A stretch of 64,000 bases of DNA, from the NCBI GenBank assembly GCA_036276235.1, contig DATBDZ010000403.1, positions 7,100 to 71,099 of the forward strand, given 5' to 3'. This stretch comes from Humisphaera sp. Its GTDB lineage: Bacteria; Planctomycetota; Phycisphaerae; Tepidisphaerales; Tepidisphaeraceae. Positions 35,214-46,500 of the stretch are shown piece after piece. Under the pieces are notes generated by a model. The model did no database searches. It saw only the letters and a program-made list of their open reading frames with translations, and was not told the origin of the DNA. A program made the translations under genes and the position numbers. Numbering within the stretch: the first letter of the stretch is position 1; the number at the start of each line of letters is the position of its first letter.

Positions 35214-37316
35214 TCACGTTCGCAGAGTTCCCAGCACGAGTAATTCCACCAAAAGGCATCCGGCGCACGCGACCAGGATCCATGCCCAGGCGTCATTACG
35301 GCGTTCGGTTTGTTCTGATTCGGCTTGCACTGCTACCGTTCGGCCGCCGGCCAATCTTCCTTTGAACAGCGTGAGATCGATCGTCGCCAGATTGCTCGCC
35401 TGCGCGGGGGCGGCGGTTGCCAGCGCGAAGACGGTGCGTGCGTCGCGCTTGATGGCGTAAACGCCGGGCGGGCCGGCGGCGTCCCATCGCCAGACGACGA
35501 AGTTGGCGTCATCCATGATCTGCCCATTGGAGCGGCCGGGCGCGTTGGGGCCGGTAATCGCCAGCCCGTCGGCGGCGCCGGCCTCGGATGGAAGATACGC
35601 CGCCAGCGGCTCTCCGCTGGGCGAGGCTTCTCCGCCGCGCCGGCCCATCAGGCGATCAACCAGTTCCGCAACAAGCGGCACGAAAACCGGCGAGCCCGCA
35701 AGATTCGATTGATTCAGATCGGCGTTGAGCACGGCGAGCGTTCCAGCGCCGATGGATGAAACAACCAGGCACGCCGAGCGATCGGAGTAGCTGGCCAGCA
35801 CATCGTCGGCGAGCCCTTGTTGAACCGCTCGCGAGGACAGTCCGCCGCCAAATCGCAGCGGCCCCAGCGCCGCCGGTAGCGATTCGCCGAACGCCGCAAA
35901 CGGCGATTCGTTGCGGCGATACTCTGTCAGAAACAGATCACGTCGCCATGCCGCGGGCGGCGGCGGAAGAAACTCGACGGGCATCTTCAGATCAGCCCCC
36001 GCCGCCTGCGACAAAAGCCGCAGGTTGGTCGCATCGACCGGCTCGGCGGCGACGTAAAGAATCGGCCGCCCGCGCCGAGCCAGCGAAACCATCAGCCCTG
36101 CCGCCTGTTGCGAAATCTTGCCGGGATGATCGACGACGATCAGGTCCGCCCCGCCCAGCGCATCACGATCCAGATCGGCCGGCTGAATGCGCGCGACGCG
36201 TTCATGCTCCCCCGCCGCCTCATCGGCGCGAAGCGATCGATACGGCGCCAGGGCAAGCTGCAGGAAATGGCTGGAGGTCGGCTGCGGCGCAGCGGGCTCG
36301 CGGGTGATCAGTGCGTAGGTCGGCCGCGGACGAACCTCGAGGACGAACGATCGAACATTGTCGGCTTCCAGCGCATCATCGACGCCAACCAGGCGCGCCT
36401 CACCGGCCTGCCAGCCGGTTTCGGCGGGTGTCATGGTCGCAACCAATGTAGTCGTCGCGCCCGGAGCACACGTGCCCGTCAGCGAAGTTGCGGCGCGGCC
36501 TACGTTCACGTCGATTTTGATCTCGCGCGGCCCTGATGAATAATTCGCGACGTCGATCTCCAGTCTCGCCTCGCGCCCCACTTCCGCGCGGCCTTGCGAA
36601 GTCACCTTTAAGATAGCGACATTCGGCGGCGCATCGATCGGCGCGACCGATTCAATCTGGATTTTCGTGTCCTTCGGCAACGGCGAAAAATCCGCTGCTG
36701 CCCAGTTGGAGCGCTGGAAGTTGCTGATGATGACCAGCTCGCGCTGCCGATCAGGCGGGCTTGCGGCAAGAAGCTCGGCGGCCTGGTTGATCGCGGCCAT
36801 CACATCGAGGCGCTGAGGAAGCGGTCGCGCGGCAGCCAACTCATCACGAAGCGCCGCGAAGTTTCCGGTCAGGCGTTCCGACGCCGCGTGCGGCTTTGCC
36901 GCGGCAAGAATCAAATCGGCACGGGCGCTCTCGGCGAAGGTGAGATACTTCGCCGCCGCGGCGCGGGCGCGATCGAACGAGCTGACGCCGCGCGATGTGG
37001 CGGCCATTCCCAGGCTTTGATCCACCAGGACGACGCGATTGGTATCGGCGGCAGATTCTTCCTTCACCAGCGGCCGCGGCCCCAGCAGCGGACGGCAAAA
37101 AGCCGCCACCAGCGCCAGCACCGCGATCGCGCGCAACAGCAAAATGAGATAATCGCGCAGTCGATACCGCGCGCGGCGTTGCCTGACGGCTTCGCGCACG
37201 AAGCGAATCGTTGAGAGCGGGACGCCAACCGGCCGCGGGCGCGTCAGCCAATGGATCAGCAGCGGCAGCGCCACCGCCAATCCCGCAAACAGCGCCCATG
37301 GGTGAAGAAGCGTCAT
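35214..37316 (-). CDS. BatA-N (aerotolerance regulator N-terminal) domain membrane protein
   Basis: MTLLHPWALFAGLAVALPLLIHWLTRPRP is the canonical BatA N-terminal double anchor. C-terminal TM helix present. Confidence 0.85.
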   Translation of the reverse strand: MTLLHPWALFAGLAVALPLLIHWLTRPRPVGVPLSTIRFVREAVRQRRARYRLRDYLILLLRAIAVLALVAAFCRPLLGPRPLVKEESAADTNRVVLVDQSLGMAATSRGVSSFDRARAAAAKYLTFAESARADLILAAAKPHAASERLTGNFAALRDELAAARPLPQRLDVMAAINQAAELLAASPPDRQRELVIISNFQRSNWAAADFSPLPKDTKIQIESVAPIDAPPNVAILKVTSQGRAEVGREARLEIDVANYSSGPREIKIDVNVGRAATSLTGTCAPGATTTLVATMTPAETGWQAGEARLVGVDDALEADNVRSFVLEVRPRPTYALITREPAAPQPTSSHFLQLALAPYRSLRADEAAGEHERVARIQPADLDRDALGGADLIVVDHPGKISQQAAGLMVSLARRGRPILYVAAEPVDATNLRLLSQAAGADLKMPVEFLPPPPAAWRRDLFLTEYRRNESPFAAFGESLPAALGPLRFGGGLSSRAVQQGLADDVLASYSDRSACLVVSSIGAGTLAVLNADLNQSNLAGSPVFVPLVAELVDRLMGRRGGEASPSGEPLAAYLPSEAGAADGLAITGPNAPGRSNGQIMDDANFVVWRWDAAGPPGVYAIKRDARTVFALATAAPAQASNLATIDLTLFKGRLAGGRTVAVQAESEQTERRNDAWAWILVACAGCLLVELLVLGTLRT

Positions 37317-37326
37317 TGGTTCATCG

Positions 37327-38241
37327 CTATCCGGCGCGTTCCACGAGGAACCCGCTCAGCGTGTTCAAGTAGGGAACGGCAGTTGAAACGCGGCGATAAT
37401 CACATCCTGCCGCCAGCGCCAGATCGCGCACGGTCGCGCAGTGTGCCGCGAACCGCTGCTCATAGATCGCGCGAAAATCGCCGGGAGAGCAGTCAATCGT
37501 GCCGTCGTTCTCCAGGCCTTCGAAACGATACGCCACTCCATCCGGCAGGCGCTCTTCTTCGGGGTGAATCAGATGAAGCGCGACGACTTCCCACCGGCGA
37601 TGACGAAAGAGCCGCAACGAAGCAAAGACGGCCGGCAGATCATCAACCAGAAAATCGCTCAGAACCATCAGCACGCCGCGCCCGGAGGTGCGGATGAACA
37701 GATCGCGTAAACCTTCCGCCAGCCGCGACACCGGCCGCGTGCGCAGCTTCTCGACCATATCCTGCAACCGCGTCACATGGCTCGACGCGCTGCCCGGCGG
37801 CAACACATCCTGCAAACCATCGGCGATGACCGCCAGGCCAACCTGGTCCTGCTGCGCGCTGATGACATGCGAGAAAGCCGTCAGCAGGTATTGTGCGTAT
37901 TCCAGCTTCGATCCGCGCTTGGCGCGTCCGGCAAAATCCATGGAGCCGCTGGCGTCGGCGACCATCGTGCAGGAGAGATTGGTTTCATCTTCAAAGAGCC
38001 GGACAAACCCGCGCCCGGTGCGGGCGAGCACCTTCCAATCCAGCCGGCGCAAATCTTCGCCGGCGGAGTATTCGCGGAAATCGACGAACTCTCCCGCCCC
38101 GCCCTTTTGCCGCGAGCGATGCCGGCCGCTATAGGCGCCTTCGATCTGGTGCCGCGTGGCAAATCGCATATGCGCCAGCGCGCCCAGCGACCGCAGATCA
38201 AGAAAGCGGCTTCGCGATGTTGTTTGCGCGGGCAAGGTCAC
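37327..38241 (-). CDS. DUF58 domain protein
   Basis: GRHRSRQKGGAGEFVDFREYSAGEDLRRLDWKVLARTGR is the DUF58 core. GTG start. 10-nt gap to the next gene. Confidence 0.9.
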   Translation of the reverse strand: MTLPAQTTSRSRFLDLRSLGALAHMRFATRHQIEGAYSGRHRSRQKGGAGEFVDFREYSAGEDLRRLDWKVLARTGRGFVRLFEDETNLSCTMVADASGSMDFAGRAKRGSKLEYAQYLLTAFSHVISAQQDQVGLAVIADGLQDVLPPGSASSHVTRLQDMVEKLRTRPVSRLAEGLRDLFIRTSGRGVLMVLSDFLVDDLPAVFASLRLFRHRRWEVVALHLIHPEEERLPDGVAYRFEGLENDGTIDCSPGDFRAIYEQRFAAHCATVRDLALAAGCDYRRVSTAVPYLNTLSGFLVERAG

Positions 38242-38292
38242 ACCTCAGCATGACGACGTTCGAAGGACATTGGGTGCCCAACAATCGGTCCT

Positions 38293-39315
38293 TCACCGCG
38301 GCACTTCCGCCAGCAGCTTGCTGATCACTTGTTCGGAGGTAATCGCATCGCCGACGGCGCGGTGATTGAGCAGAATTCGATGCCGCAGGATCGGCAGGGC
38401 CAGGGCGGCAACGTCGTCGATGGTCGGCGCGGTGCGGCCATCGATCAGTGCCCTGGCCTTGGCGGCGCGCACGAGGTTTTGCGACCCGCGCGGGCCGGCG
38501 CCCCACGCGACGTAATCCTTGACGAACTGCCCCGCGCGCGAATCCGAAGGACGGCTCGATCCGCACAGCCGCACCGCGTATGCCGCCACGCTTTGCGGAA
38601 TCGGCGCGGCCCATACGAGATTTCGCAGCGCGATGAACGCCTCGCGATCCATCGTCGCCTCGGCTAGCCGCGGCGCGGCGCCGCTGGTCTTCATCACGAT
38701 TTCCTCTTCCTGCTGCGGCGTCGGATAGTCGATGTGAATCTCCATCATGAATCGGTCAAGCTGCGCTTCGGGAAGCGGATACGTTCCTTCCTGCTCAATC
38801 GGATTCTGCGTCGCGACCACGAGGAACGGATCCTCCAATTCATGCGTCTGCCCGCCGACGGTGACATGCTGCTCGGCCATCGACTCCAGCAACGCCGATT
38901 GCGTCTTGGGCGCGGCTCGGTTGATTTCATCCGCCAGCAGCAGGTTGGCGAAAACCGGCCCGGGTCGAAACGCCATCCGCGGCGCGCCGGTTTGCTCGTC
39001 GCGCCCGAGCAGCTCGTAGCCGGTGATGTCGGATGGCATCAGATCAGGCGTGAACTGCACGCGGGCAAACTTCCAGCGAAACGCCGCCGCCAGCGCCTTG
39101 ACCATGAGCGTTTTGGCCAGACCGGGAACGCCTAATAGCAGCGCATGCGATCCGGTGAGCGCGCAGGTCAGCAGCAGATCGATGGTCTGATCCTGCCCGA
39201 CAACAACCTCATGGAGGCTCCGCCGGATGCTTTTGACCTGCGACGCAAATTGGACCATGCGGTCTTTGGCCTCAGCAGATGAGGCATCAACCACGGAATG
39301 CGTTTGCGTTGTCAT
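38293..39315 (-). CDS. MoxR-family AAA+ ATPase
   Basis: Walker A GVPGLAKT, Walker B LLADEINRA, and ...VVATQNPIEQEGTYPLPEAQLDRF, typical of MoxR. Confidence 0.95.
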   Translation of the reverse strand: MTTQTHSVVDASSAEAKDRMVQFASQVKSIRRSLHEVVVGQDQTIDLLLTCALTGSHALLLGVPGLAKTLMVKALAAAFRWKFARVQFTPDLMPSDITGYELLGRDEQTGAPRMAFRPGPVFANLLLADEINRAAPKTQSALLESMAEQHVTVGGQTHELEDPFLVVATQNPIEQEGTYPLPEAQLDRFMMEIHIDYPTPQQEEEIVMKTSGAAPRLAEATMDREAFIALRNLVWAAPIPQSVAAYAVRLCGSSRPSDSRAGQFVKDYVAWGAGPRGSQNLVRAAKARALIDGRTAPTIDDVAALALPILRHRILLNHRAVGDAITSEQVISKLLAEVPR

Positions 39316-39948
39316 CGTTGGATCAACCTCACCTTTGGGCCGCGGTGGCCGACCGTTCCCCTCCGATTGGAATCAAATTGTGCAGCGCCGCTTCTTTTGA
39401 GGCAAACAATTAACTTTCATTTTTCTTCCAGTAAATCCGTGTGTCAGCCCCCGGCCACGCGGAACAAGCCTTCAAAGAAAAGAGTGCGCGACGATCGCCG
39501 TAGTTGCGAACGGCGGGAACGCCATCCGGCAACCCTTTGTGCGGTAGGCCTTCAAGAGATGAAAAGCTCACGAAACGATTGCTTTTCCCTCGTTCTATCG
39601 TCGCAGCGTAATTTCGCAAATGATTCAATTTCATCGCGTCTTTTCGCAAGTTGAGGCGGTGTTCGCACAGCTGCGCCGGTAACAAGCCGGCAGCGAGTCA
39701 CGACTGCCAACGACTGCGGATTCATCAAATCAAGTCTTGCGATCAAGGCAGCCCCAAGCAATCCGCGAAGGCAGGGAAGATCAGGGCGACCGGCGTGAGC
39801 GACACCAGCGGATTGTCTCTGACCCGGGGCACCGCATTCGCCACATCATGCCGCGATGTTCTGCATCAAGATTGGGCTCGCGCGACGGCGGCGCGGCGGC
39901 GCGAATCGAGCTCGCGCGAGACCGTAGAGTCTTGGTATGGGCTCACAA

Positions 39949-40194
39949 TTACTTCTCCTTTGTTAAGAGCTGGAGAATCAGACGAACCATGACGTCGCGG
40001 GTGTAGTCCCGCGTCACCGCCGGGTCGAGAGCATCGGGAACCGCGATGACTATGATCTTGGCGTCAGCGATCAAGTCTGGTGCGATATGCGACAAGTGGC
40101 GGTAGGCGGCACGAGCTTCCAGCGCCAGAACAATGGTGTACTTGACGCCGGTTGACCGGTGACGCGCGACGATCGCCCGCGCTCGCGCGAGCAC
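39949..40194 (-). CDS. hypothetical small ORF or gene fragment
   Basis: 81 codons with a GTG-only start in an otherwise ORF-poor, AT-richer gap. The composition looks coding, but no motif was recognised. Confidence 0.25.
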   Translation of the reverse strand: MLARARAIVARHRSTGVKYTIVLALEARAAYRHLSHIAPDLIADAKIIVIAVPDALDPAVTRDYTRDVMVRLILQLLTKEK

Positions 40195-40536
40195 GCGCTG
40201 ACGCTTATTTCAGGCAAATTGCATGAGGTCTGACCGAATTGGAGTCACGGTAGTGCTCATTCGTCCATCGGCGGCGTCCGCAGCTGGGTGCGGAGCGTTG
40301 CAAGAATGAAGGTCCAAGGGCTGGTGAAGGACCGCCGGAGGTGAACGTGCTGCTGACCATGGCCGGCGGTGGTGTGCCGAGCGTCACGATTGGGGAAGGT
40401 TGTCAAATGTGCATTTGAAAGCTTTAATGACCACAGCCCTTGGTTTTGTGATGGTTTCCAGAGATTCTCTGACGGCCATACGCGAGATCAGACGTATTGG
40501 CATTTACCCCGTCCATGATAGTTCACCTGCGCATCA

Positions 40537-43500
40537 TCACCCGACTGTCATGGTCCCATTTCCGGTGACGTTCAAATTATCGACAATCAGCAGCGAGCCA
40601 AACGTATCCAGCGGCGTCCCCTTCATGTCTGTTCCGCCATTGCCGGTGACGGACAGGCCCGCTGACGCGGCGTAGACTGCGCCGGTGACGGAGAGATTGC
40701 CGTTGCCGGTGACGCTGATGGTTGCGGTGGCGCTGCGCGATTGGAAGAGCGTGATGCCCTGATAGATGCCGCTGGAGATCGGGGACAACTGCACGCGGCC
40801 GTTGCCAGTGAAGGAGATGCCGTCGGCGGCGCTGGCGGCGTCGTTGTAGATCATGACGCCTTTGCCCAGGTCGGTGAGCATGGCCTGGCCGCTGACCGTG
40901 AAGCCGCCGCCTTTGATGTAGTAGATGCCGGGACTGAGCGTGACGTGGGCCTGGCCGCTGATGTTGATGCCGCCGATGTAGAGGCCGGGGCTGAGAACGA
41001 TCGTCGTGTTGCCGCTGATTTGCAGCGTCTTTGTGCTGCGGACGATCAGGCCGGAGGTGCTGGGCGCCGGCAGATCCGCCAGTGGATCGAGAGCTGGTGC
41101 GTGTTTGCTGATGGGGCCGGAGATGGTGCCGTGGCCGCTGGTCGACGTGCCGCCGGTTACGTCAAACTCTGAAGCGCCGATCGATGCGTTTCCGGAAACA
41201 ACTACCGCCGCTGCGTCGGATGAATTGACGGAGACGGCGCCGCTGGTTTGGAGCTTTGCGTTGCCGCTGGCGGTCAGCGCACCTCGTTTGGAATTGGAAA
41301 GCAGGATGATCCCGCTGCCGGTGGCGGCGGCGGTGACGTTGATCGTGCGCGAGGTGTCGGAAGAGCCGCCGTCCTTGTCGGTGGCCGTGAGCTTTATAGT
41401 GTAGACGCCCGCATCATCGGGCGTGAAGGAGAACGCAGCGCCGCTGCCGGTGGCGAAGTTGGTGGTGAGGCTGCCTTTGGTTTTGGTCACCAGCCACGCG
41501 AAGGTGAAGCCGGCGGTGGTGTCTGCGGAAGAGGGATCGGTCGCCGCGCCAGTGAGCGAGATCAGCATGCCGATGGTGGAGGATGAAGGAGCGCCGTTGA
41601 TGGTTGGCGTTGGCGCAATGTTGGCGATGGTTGCTGCCTGTGCGGTGGGTGATGCGGTGCCTTGGCCGGCGTTGTCCTTGATAGAGATCGAGATTGTGAA
41701 CGATCCGTTGTCGGCGTAGGTGTTGTTGCCGCTGACGCTGAAGACGCCGCCAGCCAGCGTGACCGTGCCAGGTGATGTATGGCCATCGCCCCAGTTGATG
41801 GTGGCGCTGAAGTCGCCCGCAGTGGCAATCGGATTGTTGCTGATGAAGCTGGCGACGATGACACCGGAAAGCGCAGTGCCTTCCGATCCGCTGATGCTCT
41901 TGCCGACGGCAGTCAGCGTCGTCGCCTGCACACTCAGCGTGCCGGGCGTGATGGAGACGTTGTAGTTGGCCAGCTTGCTGCCGGGGTCGAGCAGGCTGAC
42001 GTTGATGGCATACGGCCCGACCGGGGACGTGACTCCTGCCGTCGTGGAATAGACGGCGGTGATGTTGTCGCCATTCTGGATGCCCGTGATCGTGCCGGTG
42101 AACGGCGGATTGTTCTGGCCATAGACGCGCGACTTTCCATCAGCGGTCACCGAGAGCGAACCCTTGGCGATGCTGAGAGTCGCACTATTGCTGGAAGGCA
42201 GATTGTTTTGATCTCCGGCGAAGGAGACATCAATCTTGGCCGAGCCAGCGCCGAGCGTACCGATGGAGATATTTGAAATCGTCGCGACGCCATTGGAGTC
42301 GGTGTTGATTGAGCCGACGGTGACGCCGTTGAGCTTGAAGAGCAGCGAGCGGCCGGAAAGCGGCGTGCCGCCGGCGGTGAGTGTCGCCGAGAGCGTGGTT
42401 GTGCCGCCGTAGGTTGCGGAAGCCGCAGTAGCGGCGATCGAGGTCTGAGCCGGCTTTATAGTTGCAGTGACGCTAGCGCCGGCGGTGCCCTTGCCGCCGT
42501 CGTCGTCGGTGACGCTCACGAGAATGCTGAACGTGCCGGCGGAGCTGTAGGTGTGATTGAGCGAGAACGTCTTGTCTGCCGCCAGCGTCAGCGGAAGATT
42601 GCCGGTGCCGTCGCCGTAGTTGACGACGGCGGTCCAGGTGTCGGCGCCGGGATCGGTGAAGGATCCGCCGATGGTGAAGGGCGTTCCGACGGTGATTGGC
42701 GGCACGGTTCCAAGCGTAACGTTCGGCGGAACGTTGAGCACCGTCGCCTGTGCGGTCTGCGATGCCGATCCCTGGCCGGCGTTGTCGTGGATCGTGATGG
42801 CCATGCTGTAGTTTCCGTTGTCGGCGTAGGTGTTGCTGCCGACGACCTGGAACGTTCCGGCCGCCAACACCACGTTGCCAAAGGAAGTGTGTCCATCGCC
42901 CCAATCAATGCTGGCGGAGAAGTCAGCCGTGGTGGCGATGGGGTTGTCGCTGGTGAATGTCGCGACCACCGTACCGACCAGGGGCGTGCCTTCGGAGGTC
43001 GTGAAGAAGGACCCGGAGCCAGCGAGCGTTGTCTTGAGGACCGTCAGCGTGCCAGGGGTGATCGAGACGTTGTAGTTGCCCAGCCGGCCGCTGGGATCGA
43101 GCAGCGAAGCACCAATCGGATACGGCCCCACCGGCGAGATATTGGTGGCGATGGTGGAATAGACGGCACTGATATTGTCGCCGCCAACAACACCGGCAAG
43201 CGTGCCGGTGAGTTGCGGATTGTTCTGTCCATAGACGCGCGATTTGCCGTCAACAACGACCGAGAGCGGCGCTTTGGCGATCGTGAGCGTGGCCGTTCCA
43301 TTTGTGCTGGCGTACTGGGCGTCGCCGGCGAACAGAGCCGTGATCCCCACCTGTCCGGCGTTCAACCCAACCAACGATACAGCGGGCAGCGTCGCCACGC
43401 CGCTGGCGTTAGTCGCCGCGGTGCCGACCGCCGCGCCATTGAGTTGGAAGGTCACCAACTTGCCCGCGATCCCAGTACCGGCTGCACTGAGCGTGGCGGA

Positions 43501-46500
43501 GAGTGTTGTCTGCCCGCCATACGTTCCCGAAGCCGAGGCGGCGGCCAATGATGTCGGGGTGATGACATTCTTCACGGTGACGTGCGTTGTCGCCGACCCC
43601 GAAAGGCCGGAGCTATCGAGCACCGTCACCACCACGCCAAATGTGCCGGCGGCGTTGTAGACGTGATCCAGATCGAAGGTCTTGTCGTCGTTGAGATCGA
43701 GCGGCTGCGCGCCCGAGCCGTCGCCGTAATCGACCGTAGCAGTCCACGTCTCGTCGTCGGGGTCGATGAACGAGCCACTGGAAGCATAATGATCGCCCTC
43801 GTTGATGGTGGCATCAGGGCCGGCGCTTACCGTCGGGGCAACACCGGGGGCGGCGACAATGACAATGGTCTGGAAGTCGCGCGCGACGCCGAAATCCTTG
43901 TCGTACACGTGCAGGAAAACGTCATATGTGCCGGGCACGGTAGGTGTAAAGGAGAAGTCCGGCGTCGAAGCAAAGAAATCAGCCTCGTCGTCTTCCTGGA
44001 ATGCTTCCCATGAGTATTGGAATCCCGCCGCGGTATCGACCGGCGAAATGTCGGAAGCCGGCGCGGTAAGATTGATCGGAACGCCAACCTGCCCCTGCGC
44101 GGGCAAGCCAATGATATGTGCCACGGGTGGCACGTTCGAAACGTTGATCTGTACGGTGCTCGACCCGATACCGCCGTCGCTATCGGTGACCGTGAAAGTC
44201 GCCATGTAGGTGCCGTTGTCGTTGGGCACGAAACTGAAATTCGCGCCGCTGCCGTCGGCGATCACCTGCCCGTTGGTACTGGTGACGTGCCAGTTGAGCG
44301 TGTAAGTATCCTGCGTGCCGGGATCGGTAAACGTGCCCTTCAAATTCACCGGATCCACCTCAAAAACCTGCTGCAGGCTCGGCTCGGCATCGACCGTCGG
44401 CGCGACGTTCAGTACCGCAAGCGTTGTGGGAGAGGAGATAACCACGTGACCCTGCCCATCATCCACGCGCACTTTGACGGCAAATGAGCTGGGGCCATTT
44501 ACAATTCCAAACGCCGCGAGCTGTGCCCAGGTAAAGGTCGGCTTGGGGCCAGTGGCGTCACCGAAGACGCCGTCGCCGTTGATGTCCCACGAGATGGTGA
44601 TCGGGTCGCTGTCCGGGTCGTCGGAGAGCGAGCCGTCGAGCGCGAGAGTATCGCCTTCATTGATGGTGTAGGGCCCGCCGGCATTGGCCGTCGGCGGACG
44701 ATTGGGCGCGATGACGCCGCTGGTCATAGCCAGTGCCTGCGAGAACTCGGATGTATTGTTCAGCAGATCGGTCGCGGTGGCGGTAATGAATTGGCCAACC
44801 GGAACCGCCGTGTTGAAGGTGAATGTGAACGAGGCATTGCCAGAAGCATCAGTGGAGACGAAGTGAGCGCCCAGCGGCGTCTGCCCTTGGCCAAACCCGG
44901 TTGGATCGGCCGCCGCATTGGCGAAGAATTGAAGCAGGAACGCGGCGCCCGGCGCGCTGTTGAGGGTTCCGGTAATAGTCGTTTTCACGCCGTCCGTGGC
45001 GGCGGTCGCCAGCACGGGATAGTTTTGCAGATTATTGTCGCCGCTGTCGGCGTCACCCGCATCGTTGGGGGTGACGCCGTTGCCGTTCAGATCAATTCCA
45101 AGACTGGCGTTGGCGAATATCCGGTTGGAGAGAATGCCAATATTCTGGCCCGCCAGAATGTTGACACCAGCATGACCATTGAAGGCGATGACATTTCCCG
45201 CGCCAGGATCGGTGCCGCCAATCATTCCCCCGATCACGCTAAATCCGTTCGTTCCCAAGCCGAAGTCAGCGGCAACGCTGACGCCGTCGAAGCCATTACC
45301 CAGTGGGCTTACTCCGTCGGCTTTGGTCCCGATGAAGTTGCCCTCAATGACGTCGCCGGAGACAACGCCCGAGCTCCCCGCGACGGTGATGCCGGAACGA
45401 TTGTTGCCCGAAATGAGATTTCCAGCGCCGGGTGCGGTGCCGCCGATCAGCGTATTGCTGGCCGCGTCAAAAATCCCGTCATTGAGGTTCCCCATATCGA
45501 CGGTGCCCGTGATGTCAGTGCCGATGAAATTGCCCTGCACTACGACGCCCGCGCCGCTAATTTGGATGCCGAAGCTATTGTTGGCGATGATGTTTCGTGC
45601 CGCGGCGATGGTCCCGCCGATGGTCACGCCGCTCCCGGCGATGATTCCGGTGCCGCCCGGGTTGGCCATCGCCTTGGTGCCGGTGATGTCGGTGCCAATG
45701 AAATTGCCCTGCACGAGAGTGCCGGCACCACCGACGTTCAGCGCGTCCCCGAGATTGCCGGAAATGACGTTGCCGGCGCCAGGCGCCGTGCCGCCAATCG
45801 TATTGTTGTTGCCGCCGACGGCGATCGCAAAGCTGCCAAATGCGGTGCCGCGCCCATTGGCCAGGGCCTTGGTTCCCGTGACGTCAGTGCCGATCAGGTT
45901 TCCCTGAATGATGTTGTTGTCGCCATGGATGTTCAGACCGCTGGTCAAGTTGCCGGAAATGATGTTACGGTCATTCGGCTTGGCGCCGCCGATGAGGTTG
46001 TTGTTGCCACTGACCGTGGGAGCCTGAAGATTTTTGAGAATCTGCGTGCCGGTGACATCCGTGCCAAAGAAGTTTCCCTGAATGACGTTGTTGTTGCCGC
46101 CGACGGCCAAGGGTACTCCACCCCATTGAGACGTATCAGATGTATTGTCGAAGAAGCTGTAAAAGCTATTGATGGCAAAACCCTTGATGGTGCTATCGTT
46201 GGCCCTCAGCAGAAGGCCTACCAGATGCACATCGCCCGGCGAGCCGGAAAGATCGCGGTGTTCCATTTTGGTGCCGACGATCTGAATCAGGGGCGTGCCG
46301 GCGTAGCCGGGCTGGGTGGTGGCGTCGATGGTAATGGAATCAATGATGGCGGGAAGCGGGACGAGCGGCGCGATGGTCTGCACGCCGCTGCCGATGGCAA
46401 AGCGGATGGTGTCCGGCCCCGGATGATTGTTGGCCGCGAAAATTGCTTCTCTCAGGCTCGTATGCGTCGCGTCGGCGATGCCGTCGTCCACGTCGTCGGT

